Source: a virus
Length of the DNA stretch: 64,000 nucleotides
IMG/VR virus record: IMGVR_UViG_3300025646_000029
Location: 1-64,000 of that record
Reading direction: 5' to 3' (one strand)
Position numbers and translations under genes: made by a program. Shown piece by piece: positions 7,544-16,096 of this stretch. Under the pieces are notes generated by a model. It saw nothing but the letters and a program-made list of their open reading frames with translations, ran no database searches and was not told the origin of the DNA. Numbering within the stretch: position 1 is the first letter of the stretch; each line of letters begins with the position of its first letter.

Positions 7544-8081
7544 AACGAGATTCACATCAATAACGACATCAAGCAATGCATACACAACCAAAATAGTTGA
7601 CAGCTTATTTGACGACATTAGAACAAAAACCAACTGGCGCACAAAAATTCTACGTAGAACCATAAATTTTTACAGAGACCTTCGGTATTTTTTTATGAAA
7701 ATTTGTCAACGGTTTCAATATGGATTTCCGCTCGAACAGGTGTGGGAGTTCCATTGTTGGCATTCTGAAATTGTTGTGCCGCGACTTAAACTGCTAAAGA
7801 AAATTCGATCGAAACACCCAACTGATTTAACAAACGAAGAATGGGGGGATATTCTAGACAAAATGATTTGGTCATTTGAAAACCACGATGATGTCATAGA
7901 GCCAACCTACAGCGAAGATTACGACCACCGTTATGAAGTAGCCAGCTATGAAAAATTTACTTCGTATACCACTCTAAATAAAACTGGGACAATTGATTGG
8001 TCTCCAGTCAGAAAACATGAAACAAAAGTTCAAGAAGGACTTGATTTGTTTGCCAAATATTATTTGAATCTTTGGGATTAA
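7533..8081 (+). CDS. hypothetical protein
   Basis: 182-aa ORF starting in the junction motif. Contains copy 1 of the 29-bp direct repeat. Confidence 0.45.
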   Translation: MSSKTRFTSITTSSNAYTTKIVDSLFDDIRTKTNWRTKILRRTINFYRDLRYFFMKICQRFQYGFPLEQVWEFHCWHSEIVVPRLKLLKKIRSKHPTDLTNEEWGDILDKMIWSFENHDDVIEPTYSEDYDHRYEVASYEKFTSYTTLNKTGTIDWSPVRKHETKVQEGLDLFAKYYLNLWD

Positions 8082-8107
8082 AACTTGACTTTTATTAAGA
8101 GCGGCAA

Positions 8108-8317
8108 ATGAGTAAATTACAGGATCTTCTTTTTAGGGCGAGTATCTATGGCGCTGAAGTTAAATACGACAATGGTACTTTTATCATTGTATGCCAAAAT
8201 GGTGCATTTTTAACCAGTAAAGACCTGTATACTCTACTTGAAGAAAGCGGCGTCAAAGTTGATACAATATATGCTAGAGATAATAGCTTGATTGTAAATA
8301 TTTCAATGAAAGATTGA
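8108..8317 (+). CDS. hypothetical protein
   Basis: 69-aa ORF. Confidence 0.3.
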   Translation: MSKLQDLLFRASIYGAEVKYDNGTFIIVCQNGAFLTSKDLYTLLEESGVKVDTIYARDNSLIVNISMKD

Positions 8318-8320
8318 TAA

Positions 8321-8650
8321 ATGAAAAAAATTGAAAATATCATACAAGCTTTTCGGGTTCTTAGTGCTTTAAAAGTAAAAGAAGTGGTATTACCGCATCT
8401 TGAATACCGCGAACTAAAACACTTGGTAGATCGTCATTTTTTAAATAACATCTCACATAATTCTCAAGAAAAATTTGAGGAATCTACAACAGTGCTAATT
8501 TATGGAGTTCAGGTTAAATCAGAACGGTTCCCTAAATACGAAAAGATTGACTACATAACCCCAGATAAATTCGCTGTTCAGCTCAAAAAAATGACAGAAG
8601 TAAAGATTAAATCGCGACCTCATACGCCGCGAGACGAACTGGATGACTAA
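8321..8650 (+). CDS. hypothetical protein
   Basis: 109-aa ORF. Confidence 0.35.
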   Translation: MKKIENIIQAFRVLSALKVKEVVLPHLEYRELKHLVDRHFLNNISHNSQEKFEESTTVLIYGVQVKSERFPKYEKIDYITPDKFAVQLKKMTEVKIKSRPHTPRDELDD

Positions 8651-8773
8651 ATGGATGTTATAAATTAACAGCCGCCGCTACCCTGGCAGCAGCTGACATC
8701 AAGCAATACATGCACAACCAAAAAGGAGCACGAAATAAATAGATTTAGATATGACGATGTTGATTGGGGCTAC

Positions 8774-9148
8774 GTGCTGAGAGCGCTGATTGATGCAACC
8801 CAATCGCGAAGAATTAGGTGGCAAGTTTACAGTCGTATGCAGCGTCCAGACGCGACTTCGGTGATATACCGCGGAGCATACAAGGGCTTTAATATCGTAT
8901 TGTTTAAATTCGCTGTAGATATTCCCGACGAGTCTTTTGCGGGCGATCTTGAAGACGTGTGCATTCTTATTGTAGACGAAGATGGCAAAGAGCTGTTTCG
9001 GATCCCTGCGGACTCGCAGCGGTGGCAACTTCTTAAACTTGTCCAATATGAAGCCGCTAACATTAGCACATTTATAGAGGATTTGTCGAGGCGGACGGCG
9101 AGAAATCCATTCTGGCTGTGGTCATGGTTCCGTCCGGGTCGCCGGTGA
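8774..9148 (+). CDS. hypothetical protein within the GC-rich island
   Basis: 124-aa ORF in a markedly GC-richer segment. The start is uncertain (GTG/CTG context). Confidence 0.3.
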   Translation: MLRALIDATQSRRIRWQVYSRMQRPDATSVIYRGAYKGFNIVLFKFAVDIPDESFAGDLEDVCILIVDEDGKELFRIPADSQRWQLLKLVQYEAANISTFIEDLSRRTARNPFWLWSWFRPGRR

Positions 9149-9230
9149 ATGGCCAGCGAGGCAGAAGTTAAGGCCGCGCGTGCGGCGTATTTGCAAAGAA
9201 TTTCAAAAGCGAAATCTTGAAGGGAAACAC

Positions 9231-9441
9231 AATGATTGTGCTGAATGTTGCGGTAAACGAACCTATCCATTGTTTCAAAGATGGGGAACTGATCCTCACG
9301 ATCACACGAGTGGAATCTTCAAAAATGAGTTTCGAATGCGATCGCGGTATCCGCGTCGTGCGAGATAAAGTCCTCGCGCGTGAGTCAGAAAACATAGCCG
9401 CCACGACTTCCGTGAATGCAATGGAATTCACTGAAGACTGA
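9231..9441 (+). CDS. CsrA/RsmA-like small RNA-binding regulator (candidate)
   Basis: MIVLNVAVNEPI...GELILTITRVE...GIRVVRDKVLARE follows the CsrA pattern of MLILTR.VGE.I.IGD.I.VTVL...G..VRIG..AP..V.V.REEI, with alternating beta-strand hydrophobics and a conserved R-E near the end. RBS gaaggga upstream of the ATG at 9231. Confidence 0.35.
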
Positions 9442-9480
9442 TAAAATTGATTTCTGTACCAGAATAAGAGTCTTTCGACA

Positions 9481-9753
9481 TTGATTACGAATGGAGATTT
9501 GAATTATACGAGAAAATTTATGAACAAAAAAACAAAAAATCCACTAGATAGTATATTGAATATGGACGAAAATTGGTATATACTAAAACGTGGTGAAAAG
9601 ATAGAAATAGGTGACGAGTGGCTATCGGATGAAGGGTGGAAACCTTACTCAAAAGCATCTCTCGGTTACTGTATCTATGGAAGAATATCCAGAAGAAAAA
9701 CAGAAAAAGAAGAAACCGCGCCAGCAGAAAAAAATAAAGAAAATTTATTTTGA
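9481..9753 (+). CDS. hypothetical protein
   Basis: 90-aa ORF with a Lys/Glu-rich C-terminus. Confidence 0.3.
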   Translation: MITNGDLNYTRKFMNKKTKNPLDSILNMDENWYILKRGEKIEIGDEWLSDEGWKPYSKASLGYCIYGRISRRKTEKEETAPAEKNKENLF

Positions 9754-9844
9754 TTTAGATTTTTTGCTTTTAGGTTTAATTTAAAATCACCTAAAAGGAG
9801 AAGGACTGTTACCGACAACAAACTTGTTATAAAGGGGCAGTCTT

Positions 9845-10375
9845 ATGGAAGCAGCATTTTCTTGGATTGGCGCTATAATCGAGTGGTTTGGGTTGTTTAT
9901 TCCCAGAAGAATAATCGTAAAACCAACAGATGTCCTGATAAAATCTACTTTCTCTGGGGTTGCAAAAGAAAAAAAACCAGGGCTTCGTTGGTATTGGCCT
10001 ATAACAACTGACATCGACCTGATAACAGTTGCGAGGCAACCGATAGACATAAAGCAAATAAACTTTGTAACAAAAGATGGACTGCCATGCAAAGCAGACT
10101 GCGCTTGTACTTATTACATAAACGACCCAATAAAGTTTTTTACTGAAAATTACGAGGGGCATTTGGCTCTTTTTGAGTTGATAAGCTTTGTGTTTTCAAA
10201 AAAACTAAGAAGCATGACCTTTGATCAAATACAGAATTCATCAAAAATAAACGAAGACTTGACTGAAGAAATAACAAAGGAGGCGGATTTTCTGGGAATA
10301 GAAGTAGAATACGTAAGATTGCAAAACTTCACTTGGATGATTCCAATTGGATTAATAAAAGACGACCGAGATTAA
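9845..10375 (+). CDS. SPFH/band-7 (stomatin/HflK-like) domain protein
   Basis: N-terminal hydrophobic segment, then IVKPTDVLIKSTFSGVAKEKKPGLRWYWPITTDI...VTKDGLPCKADCACTYYINDPIKF. This resembles the SPFH core (V.E.e.gV.erfGk....L.PGlhf..Pfi..v...d.r......itkDn..v.vd..v.yrI.dp). Confidence 0.45.
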   Translation: MEAAFSWIGAIIEWFGLFIPRRIIVKPTDVLIKSTFSGVAKEKKPGLRWYWPITTDIDLITVARQPIDIKQINFVTKDGLPCKADCACTYYINDPIKFFTENYEGHLALFELISFVFSKKLRSMTFDQIQNSSKINEDLTEEITKEADFLGIEVEYVRLQNFTWMIPIGLIKDDRD

Positions 10376-10411
10376 AGATTAGAAAAGGGAAAATATGAAA
10401 GAAAAAAACAG

Positions 10412-11383
10412 ATGTCGATATTTGACGAGCAAATTACTAGAAAACCTAACAACTATCCTTGGACAGAGGAATTTATAGAGGCAATGCATGCCGGTCACTG
10501 GACCGACAAAGAGTTCAACTTTATAAGCGATATAAAAGATTTTGACTGCTCTCTTGATGACCAAGAAAAAGAAATAGTCTCACGGACTCTTTCTGCAATT
10601 GGGCAAATCGAAGTTGCTGTAAAAACCTTTTGGGCAAAGCTTGGGGAAAATCTTCCGCACCCATCTTTATCTGACTTAGGGTATGTTATGGCCAACACGG
10701 AAGTTATTCATAACAACGCTTACGAGAGACTTTTGTCTTGCCTGAATATGGAAGAAATATTTGAAAAAAATATGAACCTCGAATGGATGGCGGGGCGAGT
10801 AAAGTATCTTAAAAAGTACACACATAGGTTTTACAAAGACTCAAAGAAACAGTACGTGTACGCGCTTATTCTTTTTACTCTTTTTGTAGAAAACGTGTCG
10901 CTTTTTTCTCAGTTTTACATTATCTTGTGGTTTTCTAGAAACAAAAATGTTTTGAAAGACACGAGTCAACAAGTAATGTATACTAAAAACGAAGAAACAA
11001 TTCACGCCAAAGTTGGAATCAAAATTGTAAACACGATTCGAAAAGAACTTCCAGAACTTTTTGACGAAGATCTTGAGCAAAAAATTCTTCACGAAGCAGA
11101 AGAAGCATTCAAAGCAGAGTCAAAAATAATAGACTGGATAGTAAACGGATACGAACAAAACGGGTTGTCGTCTGAGTTGCTAAAAGAGTACATTAAAAAT
11201 AGAATAAACGAAAGTTTAAACCAAATTGGCTTTAATCAAATTTTTGAAATAAACCAGAAATTGATTGATAAAACTCTTTGGATGGATGACCAAGTTGTCG
11301 GTAAAAATTCTGTTGACTTTTTCTTTCAAAGACCAGTTGATTACGCAAAAAATATACAAATAGACGAGGATGACCTTATATGA
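10412..11383 (+). CDS. nrdB: ribonucleotide reductase class I small (beta) subunit
   Basis: Ferritin-like di-iron signatures: NTEVIHNNAYERLL (E..H helix) and VENVSLFSQFYIILWF. 323 aa, directly upstream of and overlapping nrdA. Confidence 0.8.
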   Translation: MSIFDEQITRKPNNYPWTEEFIEAMHAGHWTDKEFNFISDIKDFDCSLDDQEKEIVSRTLSAIGQIEVAVKTFWAKLGENLPHPSLSDLGYVMANTEVIHNNAYERLLSCLNMEEIFEKNMNLEWMAGRVKYLKKYTHRFYKDSKKQYVYALILFTLFVENVSLFSQFYIILWFSRNKNVLKDTSQQVMYTKNEETIHAKVGIKIVNTIRKELPELFDEDLEQKILHEAEEAFKAESKIIDWIVNGYEQNGLSSELLKEYIKNRINESLNQIGFNQIFEINQKLIDKTLWMDDQVVGKNSVDFFFQRPVDYAKNIQIDEDDLI

Positions 11384-13044
11384 GTTACGAATGGCTTAAC
11401 GACGAATCAAGAACCTTTTTGTCACGTGGTTATTTAAAAAATGGAACTACACCAGAAGAAAGACTAGCTGAAATAGCTAAGGTCGCCGAGTGCTACCTAG
11501 AGCAATCTGGTGCAACTGTTTTAGCAAATGGGTTTGCAGAAAAGTTTTTGGGCTATTTAAGTAACGGTTGGTATAGTTTGTCAACACCAGTATGGATAAA
11601 TTACGGTAATCGGCGTGGACTCCCCGCTAGTTGCAACGGGTCTTATATATCTGATAACATGGCATCAATCCTTAGTAAAACTGCAGAGATAGGAATGATG
11701 ACAAAATGCGGAGCGGGTACATCCGCTTATATCGGAAATCTAAGACCAAAAGGTGCACCAATTAGTTGCGGCGGGGAGTCCGACGGGCCGGTTCATTTTA
11801 TGAGACTACTAGAAAGTACAACTGAAGTTGTAACGCAAGGAAGTTCAAGAAGGGGGTCGTGCGCAGTTTATCTTCCTGTCGAGCATCCGGACATAAAAGA
11901 CTTTCTAAAGTGCCGAAGTATTGGAAGCCCAATACAACAGCTTAGCATTGGAGTCTGTATATCAGACCAATGGATGAATGACCTAAAAAACAAAAAGCAA
12001 GAAAACCTTTCTATATGGGCTGCCATAATAAGAAAAAGATACGAAAGCGGCTTTCCATATATATTTTTCACGGACACTGTTAACAACAGTGCCCCAGAAG
12101 CTTATATAAAAAACAACAAACGAATACTTGCTAGCAACCTGTGTTCTGAAATAACATTGTCTTCAAGTGATGACGAATCTTTTGTTTGCGTTTTAAGTTC
12201 TATGAACGTCGAACATTATGACGAATGGAAAAACACTGATGCAGTAGAAACTCTAACGTATTTTTTAGACACGGTATGTACGGAGTACATCAACAAGTCA
12301 GCAGAAATACCACTTTTGTCTGCTGCTTGTAATTTTGTAAGAAACCAAAGGGCTATAGGAATAGGTGTTTTAGGGCTGCATACTTACTTTCAAAAGAAAG
12401 GGGTGGCATTCGGAAGTATGGACTCGATGTATATGAATTCTGAAATATTCAAACACATAGACGAGTCTAGTAAAAATGCTTCTATGCAACTAGCTGCTTT
12501 GTGTGGAGAGCCAGAATTGATGAGCGGAACAAACGAAAGAATGGTAACAAGAATGGCGGTTGCCCCAACAAAATCAAGTTCGTTTATTCATGGTGGTATA
12601 TCTGGCGGAATCGAACCAATTGAGTGCAATTATTTTGTAGAGGTTCTGGCAAAAATAACAACCACCAAAAGAAACCCGCTGTTTATGGATCTGTTGAGAT
12701 CGAAAAAATTAAACAACAAAAAGATAATAGACAGCGTTGTGGCAAATTTTGGTAGCTGCCAACACCTTGATGAACTTACAGACGAAGAAAAAAACGTGTT
12801 TAAAACTTTTTCTGAAATATCCCAAAGGGATATAATAACAATGGCGGCACAAAGACAAAGGTATATAGATCAATCACAGAGTTTGAATCTAAGCATACCT
12901 TTGAATACACCGCCCAAAGAGGTTAGCCAGTTGTTGTTGTACGGCTGGGAAAACGGAATCAAAACATTTTACTATAACAAGGGAACTAACCCGAGCCAAG
13001 AACTAAATAGAAAGATGAGTTCGTGCTCGGCTTGCGAGGGATGA
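11380..13044 (+). CDS. nrdA: ribonucleotide reductase class I large (alpha) subunit, compact form without an ATP cone
   Basis: Catalytic NLCSEITL motif, PTKSSSFIHGGISGGIEP and C-terminal CSACEG cysteines. 554 aa. Confidence 0.85.
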   Translation: MSYEWLNDESRTFLSRGYLKNGTTPEERLAEIAKVAECYLEQSGATVLANGFAEKFLGYLSNGWYSLSTPVWINYGNRRGLPASCNGSYISDNMASILSKTAEIGMMTKCGAGTSAYIGNLRPKGAPISCGGESDGPVHFMRLLESTTEVVTQGSSRRGSCAVYLPVEHPDIKDFLKCRSIGSPIQQLSIGVCISDQWMNDLKNKKQENLSIWAAIIRKRYESGFPYIFFTDTVNNSAPEAYIKNNKRILASNLCSEITLSSSDDESFVCVLSSMNVEHYDEWKNTDAVETLTYFLDTVCTEYINKSAEIPLLSAACNFVRNQRAIGIGVLGLHTYFQKKGVAFGSMDSMYMNSEIFKHIDESSKNASMQLAALCGEPELMSGTNERMVTRMAVAPTKSSSFIHGGISGGIEPIECNYFVEVLAKITTTKRNPLFMDLLRSKKLNNKKIIDSVVANFGSCQHLDELTDEEKNVFKTFSEISQRDIITMAAQRQRYIDQSQSLNLSIPLNTPPKEVSQLLLYGWENGIKTFYYNKGTNPSQELNRKMSSCSACEG

Positions 13045-13045
13045 C

Positions 13046-13321
13046 ATGTTTAAAATAATAATCGATGGTATTTTGCACAAAAGAAGGGTCGGTCAGCTTT
13101 CTTCTTTTTTTACGCCGACTTGTATAATTATAGGTTTGTATGATTTGTGGATGGCTTCGTACTACGGGGTTGACCACACTATAAGTAGGTACTTGCAAGT
13201 AGCAAGCTTTGACACCCCTACCGTGCCATTTACCATTGGTTATATTTGCGGTCATATTTTTGGTTACATGAAACCCAAAAAGGAAATAGAATCGCTAAAA
13301 GAACACGTGAAACAAGATTAA
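13046..13321 (+). CDS. small hydrophobic protein
   Basis: 91-aa ORF with hydrophobic stretches. Confidence 0.3.
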   Translation: MFKIIIDGILHKRRVGQLSSFFTPTCIIIGLYDLWMASYYGVDHTISRYLQVASFDTPTVPFTIGYICGHIFGYMKPKKEIESLKEHVKQD

Positions 13322-13347
13322 AAGTTTTTTACAAAGGTTCAAAATAA

Positions 13348-13668
13348 ATGTGGCACCTAGAAAAAATAATAGCAATGAACTCTGATACATCCGCAAAAGC
13401 TGTTAGTCTCGAAGATACTGATTTCGGAGAATTAGTTTCTGAATTAAAACAACTAAAAAATCCAGAATTGTCGGCGGAATTAAAAGAAACAACTGTTGAT
13501 TTGCTTGACCAAACTTTGGAAGCGTTAAAAAAAGTAGAAAGTAACCTGACTCAATTAAGAATTATTACAGTACTGTGTAAAACACTTAAAAAAACCGAAA
13601 GAAAGATTCCAGTCGGGGATAACACACCTGTGATCAGGAGGATGGTCGGGCTCTACGATTGCGAGTGA
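13348..13668 (+). CDS. hypothetical protein
   Basis: 106-aa ORF. Confidence 0.35.
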   Translation: MWHLEKIIAMNSDTSAKAVSLEDTDFGELVSELKQLKNPELSAELKETTVDLLDQTLEALKKVESNLTQLRIITVLCKTLKKTERKIPVGDNTPVIRRMVGLYDCE

Positions 13669-13790
13669 CAGTGACCAATTGTTCTGGTAATATAAAAATT
13701 ATAAAACAAAAGTCGGAACCGTCTTCTAAAGACAGGGATTAGACAGATCGACAAGACTAGACTCGCAGGTGAAAACCCTGCTTGTTTTAT

Positions 13791-13819
13791 ATAACAATTG
13801 CGTGTAATATACAAACTTG
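13791..13819 (+). promoter_or_regulatory. weak promoter-like element upstream of thyX (TTGTTT-17-TAATAT)
   Basis: cttgttttatataacaattgcgtgtaatatac lies in the 160-bp gap between 13668 and 13830. Both hexamers are imperfect. Confidence 0.2.
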
Positions 13820-13829
13820 GGAGTAAATT

Positions 13830-14642
13830 ATGAGAAACAGCGTGCAACTCATTGGTTATTACGGAAGCGACGAAGTAATCGCTTGTAGCGCTTGGACTTC
13901 AACCAGCAGAGATCTTTCAGAAGAAAAATTAGCACGCGTAGGGGCTTTAATAAACATGCTTTGGAGCGAAGGGCACGAAACCCCTTTTGAAAAGGGCGAG
14001 GTTCATTTTCTTGTCAATACTGATATTGCTAGCCACATTCATCTACTCAAACATCGGATTAGCTCACTCAATGCTGAATCTGCACGCTACAAGGAATTAA
14101 AGGAAGACAAGTATTACATTCCGGAAGACTGGCCTGAATTTAAAGCTAACACAAATGCTTTGGAAATATGTCGCGACGGAGCAGTTATTGACTCAAACTG
14201 GATAGAACTATTAGAGAGATACACGGAAATTGGAAACAAGTTGTACCACGACTGTGTTGCACAACTTACGCCCGTTTTGGGTCGAAAGCGAGCAAAAGAG
14301 TCAGCAAGATTCTTTAAAACATATAACTCGCAGATTCAAGCTGATGTAAAATTTAACATGAGATCGTTCGCTAATTTTCTAAAATTAAGAAATTCAGAAA
14401 GCGCCCAGCTGGAGATCAGAGAAATCGCAAAAGAAATGGTGAAGCAAGTATCTGAAATACACGGCAATCCATTTAAGCATACCCTAGAAGCGTTCGAGAA
14501 GCGTTCTAGTCTAGAAAAAACAACGAGGTCTTTGATAAAAAAGATGGGGGACATGGATGGAGCCACGTATTGCATTGATAGTGTCTTAGAATCCCCAGAG
14601 ATCTTTGACCAGATAAAAGACAAGTGGTTTTCAAATCTTTGA
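13830..14642 (+). CDS. thyX: flavin-dependent thymidylate synthase ThyX
   Basis: ThyX signature KHRISSLNAESARY (RHRx7S..RY-type) plus FLKLRNSESAQLEIREIAKEM (the AQxEIR motif). Confidence 0.8.
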   Translation: MRNSVQLIGYYGSDEVIACSAWTSTSRDLSEEKLARVGALINMLWSEGHETPFEKGEVHFLVNTDIASHIHLLKHRISSLNAESARYKELKEDKYYIPEDWPEFKANTNALEICRDGAVIDSNWIELLERYTEIGNKLYHDCVAQLTPVLGRKRAKESARFFKTYNSQIQADVKFNMRSFANFLKLRNSESAQLEIREIAKEMVKQVSEIHGNPFKHTLEAFEKRSSLEKTTRSLIKKMGDMDGATYCIDSVLESPEIFDQIKDKWFSNL

Positions 14643-14672
14643 TTTTGGTTCATATTTTACACGGAGCGCGCC

Positions 14673-14891
14673 ATGAAAAAAGAAAACGTTTACATTTTGT
14701 ACAAGCCAACAAAAAGAATCGACGGAGTATGGGCCTATTCTTTTTTGGGGTGTTACTCTTCTAGGGACCTGGCGATACAAAGTTATCTTGATGCGACGTT
14801 TTCATTCGAAGACGACTCGGACCCGCCAAAGCCACTTATTGTAAAAACAATGAAAGACAGCCCAGCCTTAACCCCCAAAGAATTATGGTGA
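14673..14891 (+). CDS. hypothetical protein
   Basis: 72-aa ORF. Confidence 0.3.
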   Translation: MKKENVYILYKPTKRIDGVWAYSFLGCYSSRDLAIQSYLDATFSFEDDSDPPKPLIVKTMKDSPALTPKELW

Positions 14892-14901
14892 AAGATAAAA
14901 T

Positions 14902-15762
14902 ATGAAACCTACTACAAAGAGCGTAAGAGTAAAAGGTGTCAACGTATACTACAATGATTTCGATGATGGGTTGCCAGACGACCCAGTAATAGATGGACTA
15001 AAAAACGGGATGCTTTACGGTGAAAGCAATTTTAACTTTCTGAATTTATTCATGGAATACGAAGCGATTCCTAGAAAAAAATACATATTCGATGGAGGCG
15101 GTCACGTTGGCACGTTTTCAGTTCCATGTATAAGATATGGGCACAATGTAATTATTGTCGAAGGAGCCGAGGGCAACTTCGAGTGCATCAAACAAACTTT
15201 GGAAGAAATGGAAAAGAACGACTCTATAGACTACGAGGTGCATAATTCTATTTTGTCTGACAAAAAAAGAAATTGCGAATTCAGCTCTACCGATGGGCCG
15301 TTTGGAATGGTTGTGTACGATGAAGATGGCGCTTTGATTACATCCACAATAGACGAGCTATGCGATGGAAAAGAAATATCGGCAATAAAACTAGACTTAG
15401 AAGGCGGCGAAATAGAAGCTATTCTTGGCGCGAAAGAAACAATAAAAAAACATCAGCCGCCGATGCTTGTAGAATTCAACTCGCATTGTCTTGGACTTAA
15501 CAACAAAAGTCCGCAACAGCTCATCGAAACCGTGGAAAGTGTGGACTACTTAGTTTACACAGCAATAAACAACGCATTAGTAAAAATATCCAAAGAGGAT
15601 AAGTTTCCCTTTTGTGTTGTAGACTGTATATGTATGCCAAAAAACAAGAACTATTCTGCGCGAACACTTAGTCAAGACGCCATACAAGCAATAGCCGAGA
15701 ATGGTTTTCAAAGATCAAACGAAGATTGCAGGGTTTACTTTAGAAAAGAATTTGGTTTTTAG
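14902..15762 (+). CDS. FkbM-family methyltransferase-like protein
   Basis: FDGGGHVGTFSVPCIRYGHNVIIVEGAEGNFECIK matches the FkbM-type SAM-binding block (fDiGAN.G.y......g.v.afEP.p.nf). Confidence 0.5.
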   Translation: MKPTTKSVRVKGVNVYYNDFDDGLPDDPVIDGLKNGMLYGESNFNFLNLFMEYEAIPRKKYIFDGGGHVGTFSVPCIRYGHNVIIVEGAEGNFECIKQTLEEMEKNDSIDYEVHNSILSDKKRNCEFSSTDGPFGMVVYDEDGALITSTIDELCDGKEISAIKLDLEGGEIEAILGAKETIKKHQPPMLVEFNSHCLGLNNKSPQQLIETVESVDYLVYTAINNALVKISKEDKFPFCVVDCICMPKNKNYSARTLSQDAIQAIAENGFQRSNEDCRVYFRKEFGF

Positions 15763-16096
15763 TGAATTTATAGAATATTCGAGTGGATCCAATAAAAAGG
15801 AGAGGGTAATCATAAATAAAAGTCAGCCGCGAGTACACAATAAACATCATGGAACTGCTCCACCAGATGCGGTTTACATTGGCAGAGGATCGATATACGG
15901 CAACCCTTTTGTGATAGACAAGCATGGAGACCGTGATGAAGTGTGCGAGGCGTATGAATCCATGTTGTTTTCAAACCAAGAACTGTTGGCAAAAGTGCGA
16001 AAAAATTTAAGAGGCAAAGATTTAGTTTGTTTTTGTAGCCCTAAAAGATGTCATGGTGACACTTTATTGAGGGTTGCTAATGAAACCGAGGCTTAA
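15701..16096 (+). CDS. DUF4326-like protein (GNPF / C-x-C-x-P-x2-CHGD)
   Basis: VYIGRGSIYGNPF ... KDLVCFCSPKRCHGDTLL. The conserved part begins near 15812. A strong RBS aaggagagg at 15797-15805 precedes in-frame ATC/ATA codons, so the true start may be non-AUG and downstream of the track start. Confidence 0.45.
   Translation: MVFKDQTKIAGFTLEKNLVFSEFIEYSSGSNKKERVIINKSQPRVHNKHHGTAPPDAVYIGRGSIYGNPFVIDKHGDRDEVCEAYESMLFSNQELLAKVRKNLRGKDLVCFCSPKRCHGDTLLRVANETEA

Noticed and set aside
8699-9431. Minus-strand ORFs 8699..9046, 8827..9270 and 9168..9431, and the overlapping plus-strand ORF 9180..9368, inside the GC-rich island
   Set aside because: They are mutually overlapping ORFs of the kind GC-rich DNA produces. 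The plus-strand ORFs (8774..9148 and 9231..9441) have the RBS context and the CsrA-like similarity, so the opposite-strand frames are treated as spurious.
15740-15992. Minus-strand ORFs 15740..15925 and 15810..15992
   Set aside because: Antisense to the DUF4326-like gene with no start context. They are likely chance ORFs.
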